Shown piece after piece: positions 39,536 to 51,517 of a DNA stretch of 64,000 bases (positions are counted from its first letter, which is position 1; each line of letters opens with the position of its first letter). The translations under genes and the position numbers were made by a program. The stretch lies in assembly GCA_965261395.1 (NCBI GenBank), contig OZ253462.1, forward strand, positions 4,704,001 to 4,768,000, given 5' to 3'. The stretch is from Candidatus Latescibacterota bacterium (lineage in GTDB: Bacteria; Latescibacterota; UBA2968; UBA8231). The notes below the pieces were generated by a model that saw only the letters and a list, made by a program, of their open reading frames with translations, made no database searches and was not told where the DNA came from.

Positions 39536-39925
39536 CTAAACGCGGCGACGCTTGGGCGGCCGACAGCCGTTGTGCGGCATGGGCGTCACGTCGCGGATTG
39601 CAGAAATCTCGAGCCCGGCGTTTTGCAGAGCGCGGATTGCGGACTCGCGCCCCACCCCTGGCCCCTTGACCCAGACCTCCACGCGGCGCAACCCCATATT
39701 CATGGCTTCTTGGGCGGCCTTTTCAGCGGCGAGCTGGCCGGCAAAGGGCGTAGATTTGCGACTGCCCTTGATACTCATTTTCCCTGGGGTCGCCCAAGAA
39801 ATCACATTGCCACTAGTATCGGTAAGCGTGATAATCGTATTGTTGAACGTGGCCAGAATGTGGGCCACGCCCACAGCTTCTACCTGTTTTGCTTTTTTGT
39901 GTTTCTTGCGTCTTTCGGGCGGCAA
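39536..39925 (-). CDS. rpsK: 30S ribosomal protein S11
   Basis: ATFNNT, RKSTPFA and [16 protein letters not shown] start. Confidence 0.98.
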   Translation of the reverse strand: MPPERRKKHKKAKQVEAVGVAHILATFNNTIITLTDTSGNVISWATPGKMSIKGSRKSTPFAGQLAAEKAAQEAMNMGLRRVEVWVKGPGVGRESAIRALQNAGLEISAIRDVTPMPHNGCRPPKRRRV

Positions 39926-39951
39926 AGGTCAATCCTCTCCGTTTGGGTTAT

Positions 39952-40332
39952 CTACTTGACGGGGGCCTTTTTCTTACCGGCAATGGCTCGCCGCGGCCCC
40001 TTGCGCGTACGGGCATTGGTCTTGGTGCGCTGGCCGTTGGCCGGCAGCCCGCGGCGATGCCGCAAACCCCGATAGCAGCCGATATCCATCAGCCGCTTGA
40101 CATTCATGGTGGTTTCGCCGCGCAGACTACCTTCGACCTTGTGGCTGACCTCAATGATCGAGCGCAAACTGTTGACTTGGTCTTCGCTCAACTCGTTGAT
40201 CCGAGTCTGAGAGTCAATCCTCGCCTGGGCAGCGATGCGATTGGCCATCGTGTGCCCAATGCCAAAGATATAGGTCAATGCGATGGCGACCCGCTTGTCG
40301 CGGGGTAAATCTACACCTGCTATGCGCGCCAT
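39952..40332 (-). CDS. rpsM: 30S ribosomal protein S13
   Basis: [10 protein letters not shown] and [13 protein letters not shown]. Confidence 0.98.
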   Translation of the reverse strand: MARIAGVDLPRDKRVAIALTYIFGIGHTMANRIAAQARIDSQTRINELSEDQVNSLRSIIEVSHKVEGSLRGETTMNVKRLMDIGCYRGLRHRRGLPANGQRTKTNARTRKGPRRAIAGKKKAPVK

Positions 40333-40343
40333 AGGGTTATTCC

Positions 40344-40460
40344 TCAGCCTTGTCTCTGCTTGTGGCGGGGATTGCGCTTGCATATAACGCGCACGACCCC
40401 TTGCCGACGGACGATCTTGCACTCGTTACAGCGCTTGCTGACGGATGCTCTAACTTTCAC
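40344..40460 (-). CDS. rpmJ: 50S ribosomal protein L36 (not in the ORF track)
   Basis: Manual translation gives [41 protein letters not shown] start with GGAG RBS. Confidence 0.96.
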   Translation of the reverse strand: MKVRASVSKRCNECKIVRRQGVVRVICKRNPRHKQRQG

Positions 40461-40492
40461 GGTACTCGCTCCAAATGGGGTTGAAGTTCGCC

Positions 40493-41836
40493 CTAGCCGC
40501 GGCGTCCCTGGATCTTGCCCCGCTTCATAAATCCCTCGTAGTGGCGAGTCATTAGCTGGGACTCCAACTGCTGCAAGGTGTCTAAAGCCACGCCGACGAC
40601 GATCAAAAGCCCTGTACCACCAAAAAATTGGGCAAAAGAAGGAGCCACGTTGAATTGCCTCGTGATGAAGAAGGGAAAAATCGCCACCATAGCGAGGGCA
40701 ATAGAACCCGGCAGGGTAATGCGCGTCATAATGCCATCAATGTACTGGGCGGTCCGGGGACCGGGGCGGACGCCCGGGATGAATCCCCCGTGCTTTTTCA
40801 TGTTGTCAGAGAGCTGATTGGGATCCATGACGATGGCAGTATAAAAATAACAAAAGAAGATGATCATTAGCCCATAGACGAACCAATAAAACATGGATTC
40901 GGTCGAGAAAAACGAACCAATCGCCAGCATGAATTCATGGCCTGGGAACATCTGAGTGATCGTGCCGGGCAGAAACATGATCGACTGGGCAAATATGATC
41001 GGAATCACGCCCGCCGTGTTGATCCGCAGCGGAATGTGCGTGGTCTGGCCGCCGTAAACCCGCCGCCCGACGACGCGCTTGGCGTACTGAACGGGAATTT
41101 TGCGCAAGCCCTGGGTCAGCAAGATCACAAAGGCCACTACGGCGAACATTAGCGCGACGAGGAAGATCTCTTCAATGATGTTTTTGCTGAAACCGCGATT
41201 GATGATAAAGAGCTTGTATTCCTGATTGATCGCATAGGGCAACTCGGCGATGATACCGATGAATATGATCAGGGAAATGCCGTTGCCAATGCCGCGCTCC
41301 GTGATCTGCTCACCCAACCACATAATAAAGATCGTACCAGTGGTGATCGTCAGCATAGTCGCCAGCGTAAAGCCAATGCCCGGGTCGGCAACGGCCGGCT
41401 GACCCGAGTACGGGGCCTTGATGCTGGTAATGAAGAAACTGACGCCGTAGGACTGAGCGGCCGCTAAAAAGACTGTGCCATAGCGCGTGTACTGAGTGAT
41501 TTTCTTGCGTCCCTCTTCGCCTTCGCGCTGCAGTTTCTGGAAGTGGGGAATAACCGCGCCCAGCAACTGCAAAATAATCGAGGCGCTGATATAGGGCATG
41601 ATGCCCAAAGCGAAGATCGTCCCGCGGGTAAAGGCACCACCCACAAACATGTCGTACAGCCCAAAAAGGGTGTTGCCGGCGCTTTCAAAGTACTCTTTGA
41701 GCACGACCAACTCGACGCCGGGGACCGTGATCTGACCACCGATGCGATAGACGATCAAAAGCCCTAAGGTGAAGAGGATGCGACGCCGCAAATCGGGAAT
41801 TTTGAAGCAGTTTTGAAAACTCTGCAGCAATTGCAT
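40493..41836 (-). CDS. secY: Preprotein translocase SecY
   Basis: [19 protein letters not shown] and [10 protein letters not shown]. Confidence 0.98.
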   Translation of the reverse strand: MQLLQSFQNCFKIPDLRRRILFTLGLLIVYRIGGQITVPGVELVVLKEYFESAGNTLFGLYDMFVGGAFTRGTIFALGIMPYISASIILQLLGAVIPHFQKLQREGEEGRKKITQYTRYGTVFLAAAQSYGVSFFITSIKAPYSGQPAVADPGIGFTLATMLTITTGTIFIMWLGEQITERGIGNGISLIIFIGIIAELPYAINQEYKLFIINRGFSKNIIEEIFLVALMFAVVAFVILLTQGLRKIPVQYAKRVVGRRVYGGQTTHIPLRINTAGVIPIIFAQSIMFLPGTITQMFPGHEFMLAIGSFFSTESMFYWFVYGLMIIFFCYFYTAIVMDPNQLSDNMKKHGGFIPGVRPGPRTAQYIDGIMTRITLPGSIALAMVAIFPFFITRQFNVAPSFAQFFGGTGLLIVVGVALDTLQQLESQLMTRHYEGFMKRGKIQGRRG

Positions 41837-42285
41837 CAAATTACCTCGGCCTGACCGCCCGCTTTGGCGATTTTCTCTGCTGCCGTAGCGGAGAATTTGT
41901 GCGCTTTGACCGTCAGGGACTGACTCAGTTCCCCTTCGCCTAGGACCTTCAGCAGTCCCGATGGCTTGGCGATTAAGCCGGCAGCAGCCATTTCCTCTGG
42001 CCCGACTTCTCCGCTGAGTCCCCTCTCTGCCAGATCTCGCAGATTGACAATCTGATAGATGGTTTTGAATTTGTGGTTGGAAAAACCCACCTTGGGAATG
42101 TGGCGGAACAGTGGTAGCGTACCGCCAGTGAACCCGATGCGGTTACCGCGCCTAGCACCGGACCTAGCCCGCTGACCTTTATGGCCTTTGCCCGCGGTTT
42201 TGCCCGTTCCCGAACCCGGTCCTTGCCCCAACCGCTTGCGGTCCCGCTTAGACCCCGGAGGGCATTTTATATTTTCTAGACGCAT
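41836..42285 (-). CDS. rplO: 50S ribosomal protein L15
   Basis: GSGTGKTAGKGHKGQRARSG. Confidence 0.97.
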   Translation of the reverse strand: MRLENIKCPPGSKRDRKRLGQGPGSGTGKTAGKGHKGQRARSGARRGNRIGFTGGTLPLFRHIPKVGFSNHKFKTIYQIVNLRDLAERGLSGEVGPEEMAAAGLIAKPSGLLKVLGEGELSQSLTVKAHKFSATAAEKIAKAGGQAEVI

Positions 42286-42298
42286 GATACGCTCTCGC

Positions 42299-42481
42299 TT
42301 ACTTTTCTACTTCCTCAACTGCGACCAAATGCTTGACTTTGGCGATCATACCCCGGATCTGGGGGGTGTCGTCGTGTACGATCTGTTGATATAGGCGCTT
42401 GATGCCCAAAGCCGCGATCGTCGCCTTTTGACCTTTTGCCCGACCGATGGCACTGCGCCGCTGTGTAATGACCAGTTTCAT
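42299..42481 (-). CDS. rpmD: 50S ribosomal protein L30
   Basis: RSAIG and IRGMI.KV.HL, plus position in the operon. Confidence 0.95.
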   Translation of the reverse strand: MKLVITQRRSAIGRAKGQKATIAALGIKRLYQQIVHDDTPQIRGMIAKVKHLVAVEEVEK

Positions 42482-42487
42482 TGGCTG

Positions 42488-43066
42488 TTAATCCCAAGCG
42501 CGGAGCGATTCCACCGGCACGCCGCGATCCCGAGCGATCATCTCGGCACTGCGCAATTGGGACAGTGCTTTGACGGTCGCCTTCACTGAATTCTGCACGT
42601 TGTTGGAGCCGAGGGATTTGGTCAGAATATCATGGACGCCGGCTAGCTCCAGCACGATGCGGGTACCACCGCTGGCGATGATGCCAGTTCCCGGGGTAGC
42701 TGGCTTAAAAAGTACCTTAGCCGCGCCAAAGACCCCGACGATCTCATGCGGTATGGTCCCGTCGGTCACTGGAACCTCGACGACGTTCTTTTTGGCCGCC
42801 TCGGCCCCCTTGCGGATGGCCTCGGCGATCTCGCCGGCCTTGCCAGCGCCAAACCCCACGCGGCCATTGCGGTCGCCAACTACGACCATCGCGCTGAAGC
42901 TGAAACGCCGACCGCCCTTGCGCACGTGCGAAACTCGCTTGATGCTGTTTTGGACGACAACTTCGCTCAGTTCCGTACCGCTGGGATCGGATCTCGCTCT
43001 GTCGGATCTCGCTCTGTCGGATCTCGCTCTGTCGGATCTCGCTCTGCTAGTATCTGCTTTCGCCAC
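42488..43066 (-). CDS. rpsE: 30S ribosomal protein S5 with repeat-containing N-terminus
   Basis: [18 protein letters not shown] and KSLGS. Confidence 0.97.
   Translation of the reverse strand: MAKADTSRARSDRARSDRARSDRARSDPSGTELSEVVVQNSIKRVSHVRKGGRRFSFSAMVVVGDRNGRVGFGAGKAGEIAEAIRKGAEAAKKNVVEVPVTDGTIPHEIVGVFGAAKVLFKPATPGTGIIASGGTRIVLELAGVHDILTKSLGSNNVQNSVKATVKALSQLRSAEMIARDRGVPVESLRAWD
42987..43046. repeat. 15-bp tandem repeat x4 (TCGGATCTCGCTCTG) in rpsE
   Basis: Four exact copies encoding (RARSD)4. Confidence 0.92.
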
Positions 43067-43077
43067 GCCGTTCTCCC

Positions 43078-43452
43078 TTAGAAATTCAAGCCAGCTTCCC
43101 GCGCCCCGTCGGCCACGGCTTTGATTACCCCGTGATAGAGAAAGCCGCCGCGATCAAAGACGACCTGCTCAATGCCTTGTTCGCGCGCCTTAGCGGCAAC
43201 TATCTTACCTATCTCGTGCCCCTGCACCACCCGATTGTCAAACTGCCGCTCCCTTAGCTCCTGAGACTGAGTGGAAAGGCCTAAAAGGGAATGGCCCGCC
43301 ACGTCGTCGACGAGCTGCACCTCGATATGGCGCAGGGAACGATGCACCACCATGCGCGGTCGAGCGGACGTACCGGAGACAATCTTGCGCAGCCGGTGCC
43401 GCCGCCGCTGCCGCCGCTGGCGGTTTTCGACTAGGTGTTTTTTGTCTTTCAT
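43078..43452 (-). CDS. rplR: 50S ribosomal protein L18
   Basis: [12 protein letters not shown] and ARE.GL.F. Confidence 0.97.
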   Translation of the reverse strand: MKDKKHLVENRQRRQRRRHRLRKIVSGTSARPRMVVHRSLRHIEVQLVDDVAGHSLLGLSTQSQELRERQFDNRVVQGHEIGKIVAAKAREQGIEQVVFDRGGFLYHGVIKAVADGAREAGLNF

Positions 43453-44006
43453 TCGCCTGCCGTCTTGCCCTGTTTCCAGTGAATAGTCTCGTTCTCATAG
43501 CGGATCCCCTTGCCCTTGTAAGGCTCCGGGCGGCGCTTGAAGCGAATATTGGCGGCCACTTGCCCCACGAGTTGCTTGTCGATGCCCCGGACGACAATGC
43601 GGGCTTGTGCCCCTCCAGCGCCCGCGGACACTTCGACTTGGATCTCCTCGGGCATTTCGTAGATCACCGGATGCGAATAGCCCACGTGGAGCACGAGCTG
43701 TCTGCCCTGAACCTCGGCCCGATACCCTACGCCGAATAGATCCAAGTTCTTAAAAAAACCCTCGGAGACCCCCGCGACCGCATTGGCGATCAAGGTGCGG
43801 GTCAATCCATGTAGGGAGCGAGCCTGTTTGCTCTCGCCTTTGCGCGTCACCGTTAAAGCGCTGTCTTGCTGAGCCACCGCGAGGTGCTCGGCGATAAACG
43901 GCACCTGTAACTGGCCCTTTGGCCCTTTTACGGAAACCTCGGCAGGGGCCAACGCGACTTCAACGCCCTGTGGTAGGGGAAGGGGTTTACTACCTATGCG
44001 CGACAA
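43449..44006 (-). CDS. rplF: 50S ribosomal protein L6
   Basis: SRIG, VKGPKG and PEPYKGKGI. Confidence 0.97.
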   Translation of the reverse strand: MSRIGSKPLPLPQGVEVALAPAEVSVKGPKGQLQVPFIAEHLAVAQQDSALTVTRKGESKQARSLHGLTRTLIANAVAGVSEGFFKNLDLFGVGYRAEVQGRQLVLHVGYSHPVIYEMPEEIQVEVSAGAGGAQARIVVRGIDKQLVGQVAANIRFKRRPEPYKGKGIRYENETIHWKQGKTAGE

Positions 44007-44031
44007 TCTAGCATTCTCCTAGTGACTTCAT

Positions 44032-44430
44032 TTACCAGACGCTACAGAGGATTTCGCCGCCTACGCCGCTCATCCTCGCTTGTTTATCCGTCATCACTCC
44101 CTTAGAGGTGGAGATGATGGCGATGCCCAGCCCGCGGAGCACGCGCGGAATACCGGCTTTGCCCGAATATTGGCGCAAGCCAGGCTTGCTGACGCGCGCT
44201 ATCCCGCGAATGATGCTGTTTTCATTCTTATCGTAGCGCAGATAGAGCCGCAAAATGCCCTGCTTGCTGTCTTCGATAAAGGCGAAGTTGTCGATAAAAC
44301 GGGACTCGGCCAATACGCGGGCCACTTCTCGCTTCAGTCTAGAGGCGGGCACGTCAACTCTCGAGTGCTTGACACTGGAGGCGTTGCGAATGCGGGTCAA
44401 CATATCCGCTATGGGATCCGTCATACTCAT
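44032..44430 (-). CDS. rpsH: 30S ribosomal protein S8
   Basis: DPIADMLTRIRNA and SKPGLR. Confidence 0.98.
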   Translation of the reverse strand: MSMTDPIADMLTRIRNASSVKHSRVDVPASRLKREVARVLAESRFIDNFAFIEDSKQGILRLYLRYDKNENSIIRGIARVSKPGLRQYSGKAGIPRVLRGLGIAIISTSKGVMTDKQARMSGVGGEILCSVW

Positions 44431-44448
44431 ATTGATTTCTCCAACCCG

Positions 44449-44634
44449 CTACCAGCTCGCCTTGCGAACGCCCGGAATCTCGCCCCGGAGGGCCAACTCG
44501 CGGAAACAGATGCGACACAGGCCGAACTTGCGATATACGGCACGCGGGCGTCCACAGCGGTGGCAGCGAGTATAGGCTTGCGAGGAAAACTTGGGTTTGC
44601 GCTGCGCTTTGGCTATCAGGCATTTCTTTGGCAT
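44449..44634 (-). CDS. rpsN: 30S ribosomal protein S14 (type Z, Zn-binding)
   Basis: RCHRCGR...LCRICFR and PGVRKASW. Confidence 0.97.
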   Translation of the reverse strand: MPKKCLIAKAQRKPKFSSQAYTRCHRCGRPRAVYRKFGLCRICFRELALRGEIPGVRKASW

Positions 44635-44654
44635 TAGCAGGTTCTTTCTTAGCT

Positions 44655-45200
44655 CTATTGACTGAAGGGCATGCCCAACAACCGGAGCAGTTCTTGGCCT
44701 TCATCGTCGCTTTTAGCCGAGGTGACGATGGTGATATTCATACCCCGGACTTGGTCGATCATGTCGTAGTTGATCTCGGGGAATATGATCTGTTCCTTAA
44801 TGCCCAGATTGTAGTTGCCGCGTCCGTCGAAGCTCTTGGGAGAAACCCCGCGAAAATCTCGCACCTGCGGCAAGGCGAAACTGATCAAGCGGTCGAGGAA
44901 CTCGTACATGTGGGTGCCCCGCAAGGTGACCATGCAGCCGATGGGAATGCCGGCGCGCAACTTGAAGTTTGAGATCGCCTTCTTGGCCTGGCGGATGGCA
45001 GGCTTTTGGCCGGTGATCGCCGTCAATTCGGATACCGCACCTTCGAGCACCTTGGGCTCCTGCACCGCCTCGCCAACGCCCATGTTGACGACGACCTTCT
45101 CCAAGCGCGGCACCTGCATGTCGTTCTTAAACGAGAAGCGGGCCTTGAGCTGAGGCATTGCCTCTTCTTTGTATTGTCTTTTTAGTCTGGCTTCGTACAT
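44655..45200 (-). CDS. rplE: 50S ribosomal protein L5
   Basis: NMGVG, ITGQKP and FDGRGNY. Confidence 0.98.
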   Translation of the reverse strand: MYEARLKRQYKEEAMPQLKARFSFKNDMQVPRLEKVVVNMGVGEAVQEPKVLEGAVSELTAITGQKPAIRQAKKAISNFKLRAGIPIGCMVTLRGTHMYEFLDRLISFALPQVRDFRGVSPKSFDGRGNYNLGIKEQIIFPEINYDMIDQVRGMNITIVTSAKSDDEGQELLRLLGMPFSQ

Positions 45201-45203
45201 AGC

Positions 45204-45521
45204 TTATTCTGGGTCGATCATTTCGCCACTGCGAATAGAGACGCGCACGCATTTGCCGTTGTCGAGCTTCTTGTGCCCTATGCGCGTTGGTTGGTCGGTC
45301 TTGGGGCAAACGATCATGACATTGGAAACGTGGATCGGGGCCTCGCGCTCAACGATACCCCCCTGGGGATCGCGCGATGTGGGACGGGTGTGATGCTTGC
45401 GCATATTCACACCTTCGACGATGACTCGCCCCCGATCTTTAAACACGCTGAGCACCTTCGAGCGCCGCCCTTTGTCGTTGCCGCTCATGACCTGTATTGT
45501 ATCATCTTTGCGAATATCCAT
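45204..45521 (-). CDS. rplX: 50S ribosomal protein L24
   Basis: GNDKG, VEGVN and EAPIHVSNV. Confidence 0.97.
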   Translation of the reverse strand: MDIRKDDTIQVMSGNDKGRRSKVLSVFKDRGRVIVEGVNMRKHHTRPTSRDPQGGIVEREAPIHVSNVMIVCPKTDQPTRIGHKKLDNGKCVRVSIRSGEMIDPE

Positions 45522-45532
45522 TGCGCTCTTCC

Positions 45533-45901
45533 TCAGACTACCTCGGGTGCCAGCGAGACAATGCGCATGTATTGCTTTTCGCGCAACTCGCGGGCCACAG
45601 GACCGAATATGCGAGTACCTGTTGGCTCCTTGTCGTCGTTGACCAATACAGCGGCATTGTCGTCAAAGCGGATATAGGATCCATCTGGACGACGATATTC
45701 CTTCTTGGTCCGCACGACTACGGCCTTGACGACTTGCCCTTCTTCTAAAGGCCCTTTTGGTGCTACGCCGTGGACGGCAACTACGATCAGGTCGCCAATG
45801 CTGGCATAGCGCTTGCGGGAGCCGCCGAGTACGCGAATGCAGCGGCCTGTGCGGGCCCCGGCATTATCCGCCATTTTTACTACGCTGTATTCCCGAATCA
45901 T
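45533..45901 (-). CDS. rplN: 50S ribosomal protein L14
   Basis: [15 protein letters not shown] and SLAPEV. Confidence 0.98.
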   Translation of the reverse strand: MIREYSVVKMADNAGARTGRCIRVLGGSRKRYASIGDLIVVAVHGVAPKGPLEEGQVVKAVVVRTKKEYRRPDGSYIRFDDNAAVLVNDDKEPTGTRIFGPVARELREKQYMRIVSLAPEVV

Positions 45902-45929
45902 TTCGTTCCTAACAAGCCTAAGTTTTGAT

Positions 45930-46187
45930 TTACTGCCGCTCTAATACATCGACGAGTCGCCAGCGCTTGGTCTTGCTCATGGGTCGACATTCTTCAATGC
46001 GCACCAAATCGCCAACCTGCGACTCTTCCCGCTCGTCGTGGGCGACGAACTTAGCAGTGCGGCGGATGATCCGGCCGTACAGGGCATGCGGGATGCGCTG
46101 TTCAATCGCCACAATCCGCGTTTTGACGTTGTTGGCCTTGAGCACTCGACCTTCGACCTGACGCCGGCCTCTTTTTTGTTTAGCCAT
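45930..46187 (-). CDS. rpsQ: 30S ribosomal protein S17
   Basis: AHDE and [15 protein letters not shown]. Confidence 0.97.
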   Translation of the reverse strand: MAKQKRGRRQVEGRVLKANNVKTRIVAIEQRIPHALYGRIIRRTAKFVAHDEREESQVGDLVRIEECRPMSKTKRWRLVDVLERQ

Positions 46188-46192
46188 TTCCT

Positions 46193-46408
46193 TTATTTCC
46201 CACCGGCCAAGGGACGCACCCCGAGGGCGTGCTCTTTGAGCACGGTGTGCGCCTTGGCAATGTCGCGCCGCACTTGCCGCAAGCGAATGGGGCTAGTCAA
46301 CTGGCCGGCTACGTGCTGAAAACGCAGATTGAAGAATTCCTCGTGTAGTTCTTCCAACCTGTTTTGCACTTCCTCTGAACTCATCTCGCGCAATTCGCTG
46401 ACCTTCAT
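46193..46408 (-). CDS. rpmC: 50S ribosomal protein L29
   Basis: ELR, FNLRFQ and VRRDIA. Confidence 0.96.
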   Translation of the reverse strand: MKVSELREMSSEEVQNRLEELHEEFFNLRFQHVAGQLTSPIRLRQVRRDIAKAHTVLKEHALGVRPLAGGK

Positions 46409-46412
46409 AACT

Positions 46413-46823
46413 TCATGCAACTCTTTTGACGACCTTGGTCTTGATGGGCAGTTTGTGGCCGGCGCGGCGGAATGCCTCGCGGGCCATGTCTTCGGGCACC
46501 CCTGAAAGCTCAACCATCACCCGCCCGGGTTTGACCACCGCAACCCATCCCTCGGGCGGACCCTTGCCTTTGCCCATGCGGGTTTCGGCCGGTTTCTTGG
46601 TGATCGGTTTATCGGGAAAAATGCGGATCCACATCTTACCTGTGCGGCTCATCGCCCGACTAATCGTCACGCGCATAGCCTCGATCTGGCGGCTGGTGAC
46701 CCAACAAGGCTCGAGGGCTTTGAGGCCGTATTCGCCGAAGGAGACCATGTCCCCACCTTTGGTCTGGCCGCGCATGCGGCCCCGCGCCTGCTTCCTCCAC
46801 TTGGACTTCTTGGGCATTAACAT
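46413..46823 (-). CDS. rplP: 50S ribosomal protein L16
   Basis: [13 protein letters not shown]. Confidence 0.98.
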   Translation of the reverse strand: MLMPKKSKWRKQARGRMRGQTKGGDMVSFGEYGLKALEPCWVTSRQIEAMRVTISRAMSRTGKMWIRIFPDKPITKKPAETRMGKGKGPPEGWVAVVKPGRVMVELSGVPEDMAREAFRRAGHKLPIKTKVVKRVA

Positions 46824-46841
46824 GAGAGTGCCTCGCTGTAA

Positions 46842-47498
46842 TTAGACCGCCCGAGCGGTCCCTTCTTCCTCGGCTACGACTTCGCCGAGGCAAATCCAAA
46901 CTTTTACGCCCACAGTCCCCGAAACGGTATAAGCCGTCGCCATGGCGTAGTCGATATCGGCGCGCAGCGTGTGCAAGGGGACCCGACCGGCTGGCTCGGA
47001 ACGCTCGCGCCGCCCCATTTCCAAACCACCGATGCGCCCGGAGCAAACGATGCGAATGCCCTCGGCCCCCATGCGCATCGACGAGGCGACGGATTTCTTC
47101 ATAGCCCGGCGAAAAGAGACGCGCTGCTCTAGCTGGCGGGCGAGATTGTCAGCCACTAGTTGAGCGTCCAGCTCGGGCTTTTTGATCTCTTGGATATTGA
47201 GCGACACATCTTTGCCAGTCAGTGCCTTGAGCTCGTCGCGAATCTTGTCGACTTCGGCCCCACGGCGACCAATGGCAATACCAGGACGAGCCGTATGTAC
47301 TTCAACGGTAACTCGCTTGGGCTGGCGCTCGATGTTGATCTGGGACACGCCGGCTCGCTGTAGGCGCTGGCGCACATAGCGCCGCAGCATGAGGTCTTCT
47401 TTCAGCAACTCGGAAAAATCCTTTTCGGCGAACCAATTTGAACGCCAAGGCTTGATGACCCCGAGCCGGAAGCCGTATGGATGTGTTTTCTGTCCCAA
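46842..47498 (-). CDS. rpsC: 30S ribosomal protein S3
   Basis: [12 protein letters not shown] and [14 protein letters not shown]. Confidence 0.98.
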   Translation of the reverse strand: MGQKTHPYGFRLGVIKPWRSNWFAEKDFSELLKEDLMLRRYVRQRLQRAGVSQINIERQPKRVTVEVHTARPGIAIGRRGAEVDKIRDELKALTGKDVSLNIQEIKKPELDAQLVADNLARQLEQRVSFRRAMKKSVASSMRMGAEGIRIVCSGRIGGLEMGRRERSEPAGRVPLHTLRADIDYAMATAYTVSGTVGVKVWICLGEVVAEEEGTARAV

Positions 47499-47508
47499 GC
47501 TGTCCCCC

Positions 47509-47856
47509 TTAGTTGGTCTCGTCGCTGACGACGACCGTGAGATTGCAGTGGCGCTTGCGGATGCGATCAGCCGAGCCGCGGGCCCGCGGACGAATGCGCT
47601 TGAGATCGCGTCCTTCGTCGGCGAAGACGCTAGTTACGCAGAGATCATCGGCGTCGACCGGATTTTCTTCATCCTGATTGATCCCATTGGATATGGCCGA
47701 ACGCAGGGTCTTTTCGACCAGCTTGGCCACCGGGCGCGACGAAAACCGAAGAATAGTGAGGGCCTCAGCGACTGGCTTACCGCGAATCAGGTCGATGAGC
47801 TGGCGCACCTTAGTGGCCGGTACGCCGATTTGTTTGAGGACGGCTTGGGCTTCCAT
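47509..47856 (-). CDS. rplV: 50S ribosomal protein L22
   Basis: KVR...DLIRGK and PRARG. Start moved to ATG 47856. Confidence 0.96.
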   Translation of the reverse strand: MEAQAVLKQIGVPATKVRQLIDLIRGKPVAEALTILRFSSRPVAKLVEKTLRSAISNGINQDEENPVDADDLCVTSVFADEGRDLKRIRPRARGSADRIRKRHCNLTVVVSDETN

Positions 47857-47858
47857 GC

Positions 47859-48146
47859 TTATTGAATCCTCGTGCCGCGCTCGGTCAATCGGCCTCCGTG
47901 ACCGCGGAAGGTGCGGGTCGGCGCAAACTCGCCGAGCTTGTGCCCGACCATGTTCTCTGTGATGTACACCGGAATGAATTTGTTGCCGTTGTAAACCGCC
48001 AACGTATGGCCGACGAAGTCGGGCGTAATGGTTGAGCGCCGCGACCAAGTCCGCACGACCTGTTTGTCGCCCGTGCGATTGAGGTACTCGACTTTTTTTG
48101 CTAAATGCCCGTCGATAAAAGGGCCTTTTTTGATCGATCTTGCCAT
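47859..48146 (-). CDS. rpsS: 30S ribosomal protein S19
   Basis: RSIKKGPF and [11 protein letters not shown]. Confidence 0.98.
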   Translation of the reverse strand: MARSIKKGPFIDGHLAKKVEYLNRTGDKQVVRTWSRRSTITPDFVGHTLAVYNGNKFIPVYITENMVGHKLGEFAPTRTFRGHGGRLTERGTRIQ

Positions 48147-48155
48147 AATTCCTCG

Positions 48156-48989
48156 CTACTGCGCCTTCCGTCGGCGTATGATCCACTGATTGCTTTGGTT
48201 TTTGCGCTTGCGCGTCTTGTACCCCTTGGTGGGCTTGCCCCAAGGAGTGACCGGGTGCCGTCCGCCCGAAGATCGGCCTTCGCCACCCCCATGCGGGTGG
48301 TCAACCGGATTCATAACTACGCCTCGCACCTTGGGCCTGCGCCCCAACCAACGGGAGCGACCAGCCTTGCCGACGACGATATTGGCGTGTTCTATATTAC
48401 CCACCTGCCCCAAGGTCGCCATGCACTGGACCAGCACTTCGCGATTCTCCCCCGAAGGCAGTCGCAACTGCGCCCGCCCGCTATCACGGCCGAGAAGCTG
48501 CACTTCAGCGCCCGCGCTGCGTGCTAGCTGACCGCCGCGGCCAGGATTGAGCTCGACATTATGAACCGTCGCTCCTAAGGGAATATTGGCCAACGGCAAG
48601 GCGTTGCCAACTTGGATTGGGGCATTGGGACCTGCGGAGATCTCGGCTCCGACCTTCAGGCCCAGAGGCGCGAGAATGTAGCGCTTGTCTCCATCGGCAT
48701 AGACGACAAGGGCAATAAATGCCGAGCGGTTGGGATCGTATTCGATCTCGGCGACCCGACCCGGTACACCGAGTTTGGTACGCTTGAAGTCGATGACGCG
48801 ATAGCGCCTCTTATGTCCCCCTCCGCGCCGACGCATGGTCATGCGGCCCTGATTGTTGCGCCCGCCCGACTTGCCAACGGCAGCAGCGAGCAAGGACTTC
48901 TCGGGCTTGCTGCGCGTTAGCTCCTCAAAGGAGTTGACCGTCTTGTAGCGCAACGTCGGGGTTGTGGGGCGAAATTTCTTGACTGCCAT
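48156..48989 (-). CDS. rplB: 50S ribosomal protein L2
   Basis: IEYDPNRSA and [13 protein letters not shown]. Confidence 0.98.
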   Translation of the reverse strand: MAVKKFRPTTPTLRYKTVNSFEELTRSKPEKSLLAAAVGKSGGRNNQGRMTMRRRGGGHKRRYRVIDFKRTKLGVPGRVAEIEYDPNRSAFIALVVYADGDKRYILAPLGLKVGAEISAGPNAPIQVGNALPLANIPLGATVHNVELNPGRGGQLARSAGAEVQLLGRDSGRAQLRLPSGENREVLVQCMATLGQVGNIEHANIVVGKAGRSRWLGRRPKVRGVVMNPVDHPHGGGEGRSSGGRHPVTPWGKPTKGYKTRKRKNQSNQWIIRRRKAQ

Positions 48990-49005
48990 CTCAAGTCCAG
49001 TTTAG

Positions 49006-49290
49006 CTAGATATTTTCAGCAAATTCAATGGAGTCGCCGGCCCGGAGCGTCACATAGGCCTTTTTCCAACCGGCACGCCGCCCTAGGTACATCCCTTGCC
49101 GCTTGGGCTTACTGGGGACTTTGATGGTGCGGACGGATTCAACCTTGACCGAAAAAATGGATTCTACTGCCTGGCGGATCTGGAGTTTGTTGGCCTTGGG
49201 ATGGACGCGAAAGGCGTATTTGTTGCCCTCGCGCAACATGGAGGCTTTTTCGGTAATCACTGGCTCCTGAATAATTGCTCGCGGGTTCAT
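49006..49290 (-). CDS. rplW: 50S ribosomal protein L23
   Basis: PVITEK, ANK.QI and WKKAYVTL. Confidence 0.96.
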   Translation of the reverse strand: MNPRAIIQEPVITEKASMLREGNKYAFRVHPKANKLQIRQAVESIFSVKVESVRTIKVPSKPKRQGMYLGRRAGWKKAYVTLRAGDSIEFAENI

Positions 49291-49294
49291 CTTC

Positions 49295-49933
49295 TCAGCC
49301 CCTTTGGCCATGGGTTTCTACGAGCCGATCAAAGGCTTGGCGAGTAAACAAGACCACATCCGTTGCTAGCAAGTCATAGGTAGCTAGCGAACCGAGATGG
49401 GCAATTTTCACCTGGGGCAGATTGCGGCTCGATTTGATCAACACTGGGGAGCTTTCCACCGTGACGAACAGGACCTTGTGGTCTTTGAGACCGCACGCTT
49501 CAATAACCTTCTGAAAGGAACGGGTGCTGGGAGCGGGAAAGTCGAAGTCGGTGACGACCTTGATCTGCCCCTCCGTGCCTTTGAGCGTCAGTGCCGAGCG
49601 AAATGCCAGACGCTTGAGGGACTTGGGCACCTTGGAAGAATAAGAGCGGGGACGGGGACCAAAGGCCACGCCGCCACCGCGCACCAAAGGCGAGCGCAAC
49701 GAACCCCGACGCGCCCAACCCGTGCCTTTCTGGCGGTGGTGCTTCTTGCTCGTGCGGGCTATCTCGGACCGGGTCTTGGCCGAGGCCGTCCCCTGCCGCT
49801 GATTCGTTTGGTGGGCGACAACCGCTCGGTAGAGGGCGTATTCCGAAACCGCAGTACCGAACAAATCCTCGGGCAATTCGACTGAGCCGTTTGCTTGCCC
49901 TTCGCTGTTTAGCACTTCTACCTGCGCACCCAT
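49295..49933 (-). CDS. rplD: 50S ribosomal protein L4
   Basis: RQGT..KTRSE, RQKGTG.AR.G and GGG..FGP.PR. Confidence 0.97.
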   Translation of the reverse strand: MGAQVEVLNSEGQANGSVELPEDLFGTAVSEYALYRAVVAHQTNQRQGTASAKTRSEIARTSKKHHRQKGTGWARRGSLRSPLVRGGGVAFGPRPRSYSSKVPKSLKRLAFRSALTLKGTEGQIKVVTDFDFPAPSTRSFQKVIEACGLKDHKVLFVTVESSPVLIKSSRNLPQVKIAHLGSLATYDLLATDVVLFTRQAFDRLVETHGQRG

Positions 49934-49940
49934 GGTCCAA

Positions 49941-50249
49941 TCAAACCTTTATGTCAATGCCGATGCCCGCAGGCAAATCGAGCTTCATCAGTGCGTCCAC
50001 GGTCTGCGGCGTCGAATCGTAAATGTCGATGAGCCGCTTGTGGATGCGCGTCTCGAACTGCTCGCGCGATTTCTTGTCCACGTGTGGGGATCGCAGCACG
50101 GTGTATATGGTGCGAGCCGTCGGTAGCGGCACCGGGCCGGCGATGCGGGCCCCGCTCCGCTTGACCGTCTGGACTATCTCATCCACAGATTTGTCCAAAG
50201 CCATGTGGTCGTAGGCTTTGAGGCGAATGCGTATTCTGTCAACTGCCAC
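49941..50249 (-). CDS. rpsJ: 30S ribosomal protein S10
   Basis: [17 protein letters not shown] and SREQFE. Confidence 0.98.
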   Translation of the reverse strand: MAVDRIRIRLKAYDHMALDKSVDEIVQTVKRSGARIAGPVPLPTARTIYTVLRSPHVDKKSREQFETRIHKRLIDIYDSTPQTVDALMKLDLPAGIGIDIKV

Positions 50250-50279
50250 TGGCTCACATCTCCCTAAATGCGGATGCCC

Positions 50280-51470
<1,191 letters not shown>

Positions 51471-51517
51471 TTCCTTAATCCTCTCCTTTCCTTATCCCTG
51501 GGAAGGCGATTACAGCT

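Noticed and set aside
42987-43046. Tandem repeats as a possible CRISPR array
   Set aside because: Adjacent 15-bp units with no spacers, in frame within rpsE, and no cas genes.
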